DNA of 64,000 nt from Enterobacteria phage vB_EcoM_IME540. The stretch is taken from sequence record MT150133.1, one strand, 5' to 3'. Positions 53,528-61,616 of this stretch are shown here, one piece after another. Positions within the stretch are counted from its first letter, which is position 1; each line of letters opens with the position of its first letter. The notes beneath the pieces are model-generated. The model saw only the letters and a list, made by a program, of their open reading frames with translations. It was not told the origin of the DNA and made no database searches. Made by a program: the position numbers and the translations under genes.

Positions 53528-53659
53528 TTAAATTTTCCAATTGCCATTTTCATCAATGAATTTAACCCAGTCATTTACTGACCACTTGGTTGTATCGCCT
53601 TTTGGAGCAGAATTTAAAGTATATAGTCCTTGCTTAAAAAGCATTCGTTTGATATTCAT
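53528..53659 (-). CDS. hypothetical protein (43 aa)
   Basis: Track ORF trimmed to ATG MNIKRMLF after SD GAGGAAAAT. Confidence 0.45.
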   Translation of the reverse strand: MNIKRMLFKQGLYTLNSAPKGDTTKWSVNDWVKFIDENGNWKI

Positions 53660-53666
53660 ATTTTCC

Positions 53667-53960
53667 TCAGCTGTAACGATAGCACTCGTTTGATTTACGT
53701 TTTGCAACTCGATGAGAAGTATTGTAATCAGGTTCATCATCGTTGTAAACATCTTTTTTCAGCTTTCTTACTTCTTTACGAAGCTGTCGATTCATTTCAT
53801 TCTTAACTTCAGAATCAACGCCTCTCATACGTTTCCACTTGTCAGAACGGAAGATATTTTCTTCAACCAAATCCTGACTTACGCCGTCTGGTGCTTTACG
53901 ACGTCCGGAATAATAAAAATCTTTTACAGACAATTCTTTACGACGGATAGTTTTACCCAT
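53667..53960 (-). CDS. hypothetical basic protein (97 aa)
   Basis: K/R-rich ORF in gene string. Confidence 0.55.
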   Translation of the reverse strand: MGKTIRRKELSVKDFYYSGRRKAPDGVSQDLVEENIFRSDKWKRMRGVDSEVKNEMNRQLRKEVRKLKKDVYNDDEPDYNTSHRVAKRKSNECYRYS

Positions 53961-53962
53961 AG

Positions 53963-54217
53963 TTACCTCAGCAGTTTGTATCCAATAAGATTTTTAATGT
54001 ATTGGACATCTTTGACATCCAAATCCAACTTAATATCTTTCAGGCGTTCAGCCAGAGTAAGAAATGTTACACGTTTCCAATTCTTAACAGGACAGCAATA
54101 AGTTTTTGGGCCGTTAGCGATTTCAATATTTTTATCAGTGATGGTGAGAAAAATCAGGCGCTCATCATCCAGATTAAGGGTGACGATATTTTTCATTGAA
54201 TGTAATTTCAGGCTCAT
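53963..54217 (-). CDS. hypothetical protein (84 aa)
   Basis: SD AAGGAAAT; ATG overlaps upstream stop. Confidence 0.55.
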   Translation of the reverse strand: MSLKLHSMKNIVTLNLDDERLIFLTITDKNIEIANGPKTYCCPVKNWKRVTFLTLAERLKDIKLDLDVKDVQYIKNLIGYKLLR

Positions 54218-54390
54218 AATTTGATTTCCTTAGCTATCGAACAAAATACACCACGGTCACAAATCATTTTAATATTAAGATCAATTATGATATACCACAC
54301 ATCCAGGCTAGATATTTCAGTTACTAGAACAGCTTTGCCGTTGATTGAATAATACTGGTCGACTTTAATTTCTTTATCTTGGATAGTCAT
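54214..54390 (-). CDS. hypothetical small protein (58 aa)
   Basis: Sub-threshold ORF MTIQDKEIKVDQYYSINGKAVLVTEISSLDVWYIIIDLNIKM... after SD GAGGAG in conserved leader; stop overlaps next ATG (ATGA). Confidence 0.4.
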   Translation of the reverse strand: MTIQDKEIKVDQYYSINGKAVLVTEISSLDVWYIIIDLNIKMICDRGVFCSIAKEIKL

Positions 54391-54419
54391 AATGTTCTCC
54401 TCATGTGTTGATAGGATAG

Positions 54420-54448
54420 ACTATAACACATGAGGAGAGGAAGTAAAC
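54420..54448 (-). promoter_or_regulatory. early promoter (-35 GTTTAC, TGt-extended -10 TATAGT)
   Basis: Spacer CTCCTCATGTG is complementary to leader CACATGAGGAG, which contains the SD. Confidence 0.55.
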
Positions 54449-54449
54449 A

Positions 54450-54815
54450 CTAATCTTCAATTAAATCTCGGTCATAACCAAGTTCAATCAAAAGTGACTT
54501 AAAGGCAGGAATATTTTCTATTTTCTTATTATCGACAAAGATGACAGGATAGCGTATCGCTAAGCTCTTGAAACCGGCGCGTTTGGCCAATGATACTATA
54601 AGAGGCTTGTCATATACTGCGCCTGACGGCGTCTGGTTAATCACAGGATAGAAAGTATGTGGGATAGAAAGGGAATTTAGGAGCGATAGAACTGCAATGC
54701 ACCCTGGACAGCGCATGACTGTCTCAGGGATGCCATAGATTTCGATTTTAGTTAACTTTTGGTCCACAGGAAATAACTCCTTGGTAGTCCCAAGTTTTGA
54801 TAACTTCGTCTTCAT
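54450..54815 (-). CDS. thioredoxin-fold redox protein with CPGC active site (NrdH/glutaredoxin-like)
   Basis: KIEIYGIPETVMRCPGCIAV resembles a glutaredoxin-type beta1-CxxC-alpha1 start; start uncertain (ATG at 54815 without SD, or GTG at about 54767 after SD AAGGAG). Confidence 0.55.
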   Translation of the reverse strand: MKTKLSKLGTTKELFPVDQKLTKIEIYGIPETVMRCPGCIAVLSLLNSLSIPHTFYPVINQTPSGAVYDKPLIVSLAKRAGFKSLAIRYPVIFVDNKKIENIPAFKSLLIELGYDRDLIED

Positions 54816-55044
54816 TAGTTCTGTATGGGACGTAAATCTGTACAAGGAAACCTGTGTCATCAAAAGAGAAGTAGACAGTAGGTTTAATACCATGAATCTC
54901 TGACAGAGCATAGATGTCTTTAAGGTCTTCTTCCTTACCTTTAAAGAATTCAGGGTTCAGGTCACAGTCATGGAAGTACCAGTCATCACCGAACTTTTCC
55001 CAAGTGGTCCAATTCAAAGCTACATACTCTTCAAAACGTTTCAT
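54748..55044 (-). CDS. hypothetical protein (98 aa)
   Basis: ORF in gene string; 3' end overlaps next gene. Confidence 0.5.
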   Translation of the reverse strand: MKRFEEYVALNWTTWEKFGDDWYFHDCDLNPEFFKGKEEDLKDIYALSEIHGIKPTVYFSFDDTGFLVQIYVPYRTNEDEVIKTWDYQGVISCGPKVN

Positions 55045-55268
55045 TCTTTCACCTTCATCATTTTTGCAATAACACTATGAACAGCCTGGATTCGTTTGTC
55101 GAACTCGGCCCCTTCAAGACCTTTTTCAGTACTCAGAGCACCAATAATCATGAACAGCAATCCAAACGGAATAGCCAGGATTAAAAGGCATACGATAAAC
55201 AGAACCAATGTTATATTAGCCAGGATATCAGAAACAGCATTACGAAATTTATTCATACGATAGTCCAT
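55041..55268 (-). CDS. hypothetical membrane protein (75 aa)
   Basis: Central hydrophobic stretch ITLVLFIVCLLILAIPFGLLFMIIGAL. Confidence 0.55.
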   Translation of the reverse strand: MDYRMNKFRNAVSDILANITLVLFIVCLLILAIPFGLLFMIIGALSTEKGLEGAEFDKRIQAVHSVIAKMMKVKE

Positions 55269-55362
55269 GTATTAGTTACAACAAATAACCATTGAGCAGG
55301 ATACTCAACACCCATGCGCCGGATAATATCATTCATAGATTCGGTTAAGCCATAAAAATTAA

Positions 55363-55836
55363 TCATTTAAGCGATTTCCTCAGTTGTTTTTTGAATGAAT
55401 CCACCATTTGTTTCTTAGTGTCAGATTCATTATAAGTCATTCCATGTGAAAGCATTTCAGCAATCATTTCTTCCTTACCCAACCTGCTGAACTCTTTGGT
55501 TTTATCAGGAACGAAATTAGGATGAATATTGTTTTCAGTATAATCAGCTTTCAGATAGACCAGCAAATTCTCTAACCATTCGAGGTAGTCAACGTTTTGA
55601 CCTTTAAGACCAGAACGGTTGAACTTATGCTTCATTTGTCCTTCTGCAGCATTGCACAGGTTACATAGTAAACCACGAACCTTACCGGCTTTTGGCCCGT
55701 TTAACTCGTGGTCGTGGTCAAGGTGGTTACTTTGAACATCAGGGTTTAATTCACGTTTACAAATCAAACACTTACCACATTGTGCATCATAAAGTTTTTG
55801 TTTTTCTTCTTTGTATAATTTGCCGGTCAACAACAT
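55363..55836 (-). CDS. 49: endonuclease VII gp49 (Holliday junction resolvase)
   Basis: 157 aa; near-identical to recalled T4 gp49 (MLLTGKLYKEEKQK.YDAQ.GKCLIC.RELNPDVQ.NHLDHDHELNGPKAGKVRGLLCNLCNAAEGQMKHKFNRSGLKGQ). Confidence 0.95.
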   Translation of the reverse strand: MLLTGKLYKEEKQKLYDAQCGKCLICKRELNPDVQSNHLDHDHELNGPKAGKVRGLLCNLCNAAEGQMKHKFNRSGLKGQNVDYLEWLENLLVYLKADYTENNIHPNFVPDKTKEFSRLGKEEMIAEMLSHGMTYNESDTKKQMVDSFKKQLRKSLK

Positions 55837-55841
55837 AATAA

Positions 55842-55873
55842 ACCCTTACCATTATTAGATAAGGGTATTTATT
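55842..55873 (-). promoter_or_regulatory. gene 49 leader: late-promoter-like AATAAATA abutting a hairpin that contains the SD
   Basis: Minus strand AATAAATA then ACCCTTA-(11 nt)-TAAGGGT; the 3' arm includes the SD; resembles the T4 gene 49 early-versus-late translational control. Confidence 0.4.
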
Positions 55874-56057
55874 ATTTTTCAAATGTACTATAAAACGAGC
55901 GATGCAACCGTTTAAATTGTCGAAGCATCTTTTTAGTAGGACGGGTGTATAATCCTACACAGGTGGCCATAAACTGGTCGGTAGGACTTCCTTTAATAAG
56001 AAGTTTCCAGACCTTACCACCGTTTAACTTTTCGGTATAAATCAATTCAGTTTTCAT
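55872..56057 (-). CDS. small basic protein, PTKRQ-motif paralog family (copy C)
   Basis: Track ORF begins at TTG; ATG MKTELIY; motif TRPTKKMLRQFKRLHR. Confidence 0.55.
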   Translation of the reverse strand: MKTELIYTEKLNGGKVWKLLIKGSPTDQFMATCVGLYTRPTKKMLRQFKRLHRSFYSTFEK

Positions 56058-56103
56058 AGTAAAACCCAAACTCCATATCAATTAAATCATTGTTTGAAGG
56101 TTC

Positions 56104-56133
56104 ATTATACTCTATTTCGGAATCGTTGTAAAC
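56104..56133 (-). promoter_or_regulatory. early promoter (-35 GTTTAC, 18 nt, -10 TATAAT)
   Basis: Consensus hexamers upstream of paralog copy C. Confidence 0.6.
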
Positions 56134-56179
56134 AGGTTCCTCTGGCTCGACAGTTTCCCATCGAGCGGTATACCATGGC

Positions 56180-56488
56180 TTAACGGTCACACCACCAACT
56201 ACTTACTTCAAAATCAGGTTCACCGTGTTCCCAGTACCAAGGGCCGACTGGATGCCAATCACCGTGTTCATCTTCTTCAAATTCTTCAGATTCAAGCCCA
56301 ACGTATTGCCATTGGACTTCATAAGCAGTACCACCGATTACAACGGTGTTCTCGCCATATGGATGGGCTACAACAAAGTCAATACCTTCTGCTTTGGCTA
56401 ACCAAACCATATATTCGTATAGTTTATATTCCAGGTCATCTTCGGTGCCATCACCTAGAAAAATGGTTTGTTCGTTTAATTCAATCAT
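56180..56488 (-). CDS. hypothetical acidic protein (102 aa)
   Basis: ATGA overlap with upstream ORF; Trp- and acid-rich. Confidence 0.55.
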   Translation of the reverse strand: MIELNEQTIFLGDGTEDDLEYKLYEYMVWLAKAEGIDFVVAHPYGENTVVIGGTAYEVQWQYVGLESEEFEEDEHGDWHPVGPWYWEHGEPDFEVSSWWCDR

Positions 56489-56673
56489 AACTCCACCATA
56501 AATTCAAATAGCTGGCCATGTACACAGGTATCAGTCCAACCCCATTCGTTGGCTTCTTCTTTTAACCAATCCGGGAGATTTGCCAATACGGTTTCTTTAC
56601 TAGGCGCAGGAGTATTAAACTCACTTGCAAACTCTCTTGCGCAGGTTTCATAAGCTGTATCAAATTCGGTCAT
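56485..56673 (-). CDS. hypothetical protein (62 aa)
   Basis: ATG overlaps stop of upstream micro-ORF (ATGA). Confidence 0.55.
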   Translation of the reverse strand: MTEFDTAYETCAREFASEFNTPAPSKETVLANLPDWLKEEANEWGWTDTCVHGQLFEFMVEL

Positions 56674-56831
56674 TTAAAGTTCCAGAATGAAGCACCAACC
56701 AGAAATAAAGGCCAACAAATCATAGACGTCAGCCACCAACAAAAATCACCGGAATCATCTAATTTAGCTAGGGTCTTAGCATAACCAATACCGATGATAA
56801 GATACAAAACAACCAACATTAATTCAATCAT
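56670..56831 (-). CDS. small membrane peptide (53 aa), translationally coupled to nrdC
   Basis: ATG overlaps nrdC TGA stop; MIELMLVVLYLIIGIGYAKTLAKLDDSGDFCWWLTSMICWPLFLVGASFWNFK with two hydrophobic segments; sub-threshold ORF. Confidence 0.45.
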   Translation of the reverse strand: MIELMLVVLYLIIGIGYAKTLAKLDDSGDFCWWLTSMICWPLFLVGASFWNFK

Positions 56832-57091
56832 TTGAAATAAGCTCGCAGTCGGTCAAAGCCACCAATAGAAGTTCCGTCCGGAGCAAATACCTGAGGCATA
56901 GTCAAACCTACCTGAGATTCGCGACCAAGAGCAGTCAAGAGTTCAGCAATCTTCTCATCATCAAATACACCTTTTTCCGGCATCACGTTAATGAATTCGT
57001 AAGGTTGTTTCTTAACATCAAGCAGACGTTTGGCATTATCACAGAAAACACAACGGTGGATATTTGAATCGTAACCATAAACTTTAAACAT
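56828..57091 (-). CDS. nrdC: glutaredoxin NrdC (T4 thioredoxin)
   Basis: 87 aa; near-identical to recalled T4 NrdC (MFKVYGYDSNIH.CV.CDNAKRLL.VKKQP.EFIN.MPEKGVFDDEKIAELLT.LGR, GLTMPQVFAPDG); CxxC = CVFC. Confidence 0.88.
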   Translation of the reverse strand: MFKVYGYDSNIHRCVFCDNAKRLLDVKKQPYEFINVMPEKGVFDDEKIAELLTALGRESQVGLTMPQVFAPDGTSIGGFDRLRAYFK

Positions 57092-57092
57092 T

Positions 57093-57332
57093 TTAAATTC
57101 CTAATATTTGTTTGAATGCTTCAGAACGGTCGAGTTCTGTTCCATATTTTTCCATGTGCTCATATTTTAAATTATACACATCAGATAGTATATTATTATA
57201 CGAGCGAGTTAAAGCAGATTTTAAAACTGAATAACTGTCTGGGAATTTACCATGCTCTTTATAATAAGCTAGGGTAAGTTCGCGGACCGCCTTATCGGCC
57301 GCCTCTACATATTCTTTGCGCTTTGCCATTTT
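57093..57332 (-). CDS. hypothetical protein (80 aa)
   Basis: Track ORF trimmed to ATG MAKRKEY; still overlaps the upstream ORF by about 40 nt, so one of the two boundaries is uncertain. Confidence 0.45.
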   Translation of the reverse strand, partial: KMAKRKEYVEAADKAVRELTLAYYKEHGKFPDSYSVLKSALTRSYNNILSDVYNLKYEHMEKYGTELDRSEAFKQILGI

Positions 57333-57627
57333 CGTCTCGCTCAAATCGGTGTTTACAATGACGGCATTTGTAACGAAGATTACTAGTCTGCCAATGGACC
57401 AATTGGACCTGTTCTGTACCGCACTCAGGACAGTTAGGAACATCCTTAGAAGCTTGTTCTCGTCGTGCGACCATAGCCATTACAGCATCCCAATTAACGG
57501 CATCACCATAATCATCACAACCATGAATTTTACCAACCAATTCAACTTCAACATCCTCGGCTTTAATAAATTTCAATAAACCAGTATTAGATGCTGAAGC
57601 AATATCTTCAGCTAAACGTTGTTTCAT
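57292..57627 (-). CDS. hypothetical zinc-ribbon protein (111 aa)
   Basis: C-terminal CPECG ... CRHC cysteine pairs; ATG overlaps upstream stop (ATGA). Confidence 0.5.
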   Translation of the reverse strand: MKQRLAEDIASASNTGLLKFIKAEDVEVELVGKIHGCDDYGDAVNWDAVMAMVARREQASKDVPNCPECGTEQVQLVHWQTSNLRYKCRHCKHRFERDENGKAQRICRGGR

Positions 57628-58634
57628 TTCAGCAGCTCCAGAGCCTGTTCAAGACGGTCTAAACGATTGGTAGACTCTTCCCAAAGTTTCTTGGCGGCGG
57701 TATATTGGCCAGTCAGTTTTTTGTTGATAGCAAGGGCGTCTTTATACGCTTTTTCCAAGGCAACGACTTCCGGTAACTTGGATTTAGTAATTGGTGTAGG
57801 GGCCATGATAGGGCTGTTCAAGTCGTTAATCAAGTCTTCTAATGTAGCAGGCTCTTTATCAGTGTTCACAATTTCCTCACATTTTTCTTTGTAAATTTCA
57901 GCATCAGTTTTTGGAACGGTACATTTGATTTCACGGACTGTTACTAAGACCTCATATCCTTTCCAGCCTAAGTGGTGTTTAACTTCTTGGGTCTCATATT
58001 TCTCTACGGTATCCATCAGAGCTAAAGCTTGTTCGATAGTATTCAAGGTATCGTAAGCAATATCTTGATACTTTACAACTTCCGCATCATCTTTAGGTTT
58101 CCTATTAGGTGACCAAATAACAGAAATAATAGCTTTTCCTTTATAACTATTTGTTTTAATCATGCAATTAGCCATCGGGTGAATAGTACGACAATCACCG
58201 GAAACTATAGTTTTAGAGGCCGCTTTGAGAATTAATGCAGAGTTAGCCTTGAATTCGCTAACCCAACGTTGCGGAAATAAACTATTAGGGTCCATACCTT
58301 TAATTTTGATATAACCTTTTATGGTATCACCAAACCATTTGTAGCTAACAACACGGTTGGAACCTGGATATTTCTCTTTACCGAACTCAGAAAGGATGTC
58401 CTTATTGACCAGGCGCGAAAGCAGTCGAGAACCTTTAAATGTTTTAATGATATCATGAATGCACAAACGGCCTGCAATCTTTTCGATTTCAGCTTTGAAA
58501 CAGCGCGATAATGCATCATCAATTTGGTCGACCCATTTATTGATATTAGAAACTATTACCTCGTATGGGGTTAACGGAGGGGTGTTGGTAGTGATATACG
58601 TAGTAAAGGCATTGATGTATTCAGTACGAGTCAT
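57624..58634 (-). CDS. hypothetical protein (336 aa)
   Basis: Track ORF start lies in the promoter -10; ATG MTRTEYINAF follows SD GAGGAG; no motif recognised. Confidence 0.7.
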   Translation of the reverse strand: MTRTEYINAFTTYITTNTPPLTPYEVIVSNINKWVDQIDDALSRCFKAEIEKIAGRLCIHDIIKTFKGSRLLSRLVNKDILSEFGKEKYPGSNRVVSYKWFGDTIKGYIKIKGMDPNSLFPQRWVSEFKANSALILKAASKTIVSGDCRTIHPMANCMIKTNSYKGKAIISVIWSPNRKPKDDAEVVKYQDIAYDTLNTIEQALALMDTVEKYETQEVKHHLGWKGYEVLVTVREIKCTVPKTDAEIYKEKCEEIVNTDKEPATLEDLINDLNSPIMAPTPITKSKLPEVVALEKAYKDALAINKKLTGQYTAAKKLWEESTNRLDRLEQALELLK

Positions 58635-58661
58635 GATATTCTCCTCAGTAGATTTAAAAAG

Positions 58662-58691
58662 ATTATACTCCATCCGTCCTTGGATGTAAAC
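58662..58691 (-). promoter_or_regulatory. early promoter (-35 GTTTAC, 18 nt, -10 TATAAT)
   Basis: Consensus hexamers; leader CTTTTTAAATCTACTGAGGAG. Confidence 0.6.
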
Positions 58692-58692
58692 A

Positions 58693-59574
58693 TTATTTTA
58701 GAGCTAATACTGCCGCGCTAAGCTTGTCACGCTGGATTTCCATGTTCTTGATGCGAATCAATACGTCTTGAATACTCTTTTTCTCATCTTCGATCTGGCC
58801 GTTTAAACGGTGGATTGATTCCTGGAGGTGGTCCTCATGATACTTCTCGATAGGTTTCATCGTAGGGTTAGTAACAACCAAAGAATTATCAGGTTTAATT
58901 TTCCAATGATACGGTTCAGAATTGAATGGACTCGGTACAGCCGTGGTTTTGAATCTGTCATAGGCTGCATACTGGCCTACGCTGTCACATGATACTGCAG
59001 AGATACGTCGTTCCATTTCCGGTTCCTTTTGTTGGGATTGATAAGGGGCATAAGACAAAAGATATTCACGAGTTAGTTTAACATTAAAATACACTGCATC
59101 GGGCCGTCCGGAACAATCAGCATATTCATCTGTTGTAACCTTATATGATTCTACAGCCTTAATACGGGTCATTGCTTCCCTGAATAAGGTTTCAAATGCT
59201 TCACGAAGGGCCTTATTACCTTTTGAGGTAGGACGGAAACGAACTTGAATGCCGTCATTCAGAATATTAATGACTAGGTTACGAGCCGTAAAATTAATAT
59301 TCTTGATATTGACAGGAACCGTAGAAATACGTCCCGCGGTAGCCAAGAGGTCTTTGATATTAGCTCGCAATGTTACACCAAACAGGTGGGCTGGGCCACG
59401 GCAATAATCGTTCAAAGAACTAATATAAGTCCCTTTACGACCTACACCATAAGTATAATTACCATTACAAATATGGCCGAAGTCGGCCAGCCGATCGATA
59501 GCGATACGCTTGGTTACACCAAAATCATATCGGGAATATTCTTTACGTGTTTTAATGTTCATATTAAAGTCCAA
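58693..59574 (-). CDS. hypothetical protein (293 aa)
   Basis: Co-directional ORF with C-terminal coiled-coil-like region. Confidence 0.7.
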   Translation of the reverse strand: MDFNMNIKTRKEYSRYDFGVTKRIAIDRLADFGHICNGNYTYGVGRKGTYISSLNDYCRGPAHLFGVTLRANIKDLLATAGRISTVPVNIKNINFTARNLVINILNDGIQVRFRPTSKGNKALREAFETLFREAMTRIKAVESYKVTTDEYADCSGRPDAVYFNVKLTREYLLSYAPYQSQQKEPEMERRISAVSCDSVGQYAAYDRFKTTAVPSPFNSEPYHWKIKPDNSLVVTNPTMKPIEKYHEDHLQESIHRLNGQIEDEKKSIQDVLIRIKNMEIQRDKLSAAVLALK

Positions 59575-59779
59575 ATAATTTTTTATAGAATTTAGCCATA
59601 GGCCACACTATAGCCAGAACAATACCTGTAACCCAGAATATAGGCCAGGCGAGAGTAGTGAACACTGCATCATACTCATCACCTTTTTCAAAACAGCTGT
59701 CAAATTTGTGGATTAATACAGTAGTAATGAATCCTATCACAAGGTATCCAAAAATAGAACCAATAATTAAAGTAGCCAT
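59564..59779 (-). CDS. hypothetical membrane protein (71 aa)
   Basis: Two hydrophobic segments (LIIGSIFGYLVIGFITTVLI, AWPIFWVTGIVLAIVW). Confidence 0.6.
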   Translation of the reverse strand: MATLIIGSIFGYLVIGFITTVLIHKFDSCFEKGDEYDAVFTTLAWPIFWVTGIVLAIVWPMAKFYKKLFGL

Positions 59780-59780
59780 A

Positions 59781-60620
59781 TTAATCCTTAAGAAGATTTA
59801 GGATATCGATATATTTCTGGCGTTCAGCCTTGGCTTTAGCATTCAAACCAGAGAGTCGGAAAATCTCATCATCTTGTTGCTGAATTGTAACATTCAAGCA
59901 AGTAAGCAAATTGCTAAAATACTCGATTTGAGCTTGATGCTTCTCATTGCTGCGCACTGGTACAGGTTCCGGTTTAGGAGCTTCTGAATGACTCTTAACT
60001 TCATTACCTGGCTTAACAAGTTTAATACGCCAGCCTGTACTGGTATTAACATTATCGAAGGTAAGAATACCGCTACGTTCGAGTTCAGACAAAGCCAATC
60101 GAAGATGGAATTTCCAGTTGTCATATTGACAACCACTAAAAGTTGAAGTAAGATACTCGTTTTCGTTACCTGGTTGGTTGACAATATTAAAGATAATCCA
60201 ATCGCCTGAACCATTAGTCTTAAATGGCATTTGCTTATCTTTACCTAAAGCTAGACGAGCACCCAGTGCTAGTAAACGTCGTTGGTTAGTACGAAGGTCT
60301 TTAACAACTTCATCAAATGACATCGCCGGGATTAAACGACCATAGAGGTCATAGCCTTTGTTATAATTTCTAAGAATAATTCTGGCGTTAGCACGAGTCA
60401 ACATACCGGCCCTGTGAAGAGATTTCATGACTCGGTCTTCTAACGTAAACATCCTAGTCTTGTCAAAGATTTTAGTGAATTCATCTACAGAAATACAAAC
60501 TTCAAACTTTTCCCACATCATGGCCAAAACCTTTTCAACCACTTCTTTAGAACTCGGAATACGTCCGAATTTAACAACTTTTTTAACTTCAGAACGAATT
60601 TGATTAATTGCCTGTGACAT
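59781..60620 (-). CDS. hypothetical protein (279 aa)
   Basis: Co-directional ORF; no motif recognised. Confidence 0.7.
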   Translation of the reverse strand: MSQAINQIRSEVKKVVKFGRIPSSKEVVEKVLAMMWEKFEVCISVDEFTKIFDKTRMFTLEDRVMKSLHRAGMLTRANARIILRNYNKGYDLYGRLIPAMSFDEVVKDLRTNQRRLLALGARLALGKDKQMPFKTNGSGDWIIFNIVNQPGNENEYLTSTFSGCQYDNWKFHLRLALSELERSGILTFDNVNTSTGWRIKLVKPGNEVKSHSEAPKPEPVPVRSNEKHQAQIEYFSNLLTCLNVTIQQQDDEIFRLSGLNAKAKAERQKYIDILNLLKD

Positions 60621-60683
60621 AATAATTTCCTCAGTAAGTAATTAAGAACCTAGAACCATTATACCATCCTTGGTATAAAGCGT

Positions 60684-61208
60684 TTATGCGAGAACCGTCT
60701 TTAAACGCTCTTCAAATTTCTGAAGCAGAGCTTGGCGTTCAGCTCGTTGTGATTTGTACTGCTCGATACGACCTGAAGTGAGGGCGTACTGTTCGTTTAC
60801 TGATTCCCGCATGAATTCAGGAATCTCTTTACAAGCTTTGATTTCGTCAAACTTATCAATAACAGCTTGTTGTTCAGCAATCAGATTATCGAAATAAGCG
60901 ATATCAGATTTAACGTTTGCCAGGTCGGATTCGGTAGGCATTAAACGTTTGTTACGTTCAGCTTGATAAGCTTGATTGGTTTCACGGCTCCAGTGAAGAG
61001 TACGTTTTTTGTTGGTGTTTTTATAGAGCTCTACAATACCAACTGAATCGATGATAACAATCCAGTTCCAACGGCTTTTGTAAATCTCTCCTCCAGATAC
61101 AGTAATCTCATTACCACAAGCAACGTCGTTAAAGAACTTGCTTTGTTTTTCAGATTTGAAATTACCGTTGTTGAAATTAATCAGTGAAAAAATATCTTTA
61201 GCGTTCAT
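60684..61208 (-). CDS. hypothetical protein (174 aa)
   Basis: ATG after SD GGAGG in conserved leader. Confidence 0.7.
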   Translation of the reverse strand: MNAKDIFSLINFNNGNFKSEKQSKFFNDVACGNEITVSGGEIYKSRWNWIVIIDSVGIVELYKNTNKKRTLHWSRETNQAYQAERNKRLMPTESDLANVKSDIAYFDNLIAEQQAVIDKFDEIKACKEIPEFMRESVNEQYALTSGRIEQYKSQRAERQALLQKFEERLKTVLA

Positions 61209-61234
61209 GATAACCTCCAGTAGTTGATATGTCT

Positions 61235-61263
61235 ATAGTATCATTTCTACTGGAGATGTAAAC
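61235..61263 (-). promoter_or_regulatory. early promoter (-35 GTTTAC, TGa-extended -10 TACTAT)
   Basis: Spacer CTCCAGTAG is complementary to leader CTACTGGAG, which contains the SD. Confidence 0.6.
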
Positions 61264-61265
61264 AA

Positions 61266-61607
61266 CTAATAGAAACTTTTTTCACCTGCTTGTCCACTAA
61301 ACCACGCTGATTGGGTCACAGTTTTCCTTTGTTGAGCGATACGCTCTTGATAATCACTACGAATGGCGCGCTGCTTATCTCTGAAGTCGCCTGCCAACTT
61401 TACCTGCTTGCGGTCTAGATTTATTAAGGCCTGGGTCTTCGCGGCCAAGAGCAATCTCCTGTAGTCTCCTTCTTCGGATTCAGTTTTATAAACTCTATTA
61501 GTATATCCGTCGACAACTTCTTTATCATAGTCCTCGACGGACTGTTTCATGGCATCACGATGGGCCAAACCTGCGTTATAAAGATTGTAAATAAATTGTT
61601 CGAACAT
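61266..61607 (-). CDS. hypothetical protein (113 aa)
   Basis: Co-directional ORF. Confidence 0.65.
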   Translation of the reverse strand: MFEQFIYNLYNAGLAHRDAMKQSVEDYDKEVVDGYTNRVYKTESEEGDYRRLLLAAKTQALINLDRKQVKLAGDFRDKQRAIRSDYQERIAQQRKTVTQSAWFSGQAGEKSFY

Positions 61608-61616
61608 AATTTATCC

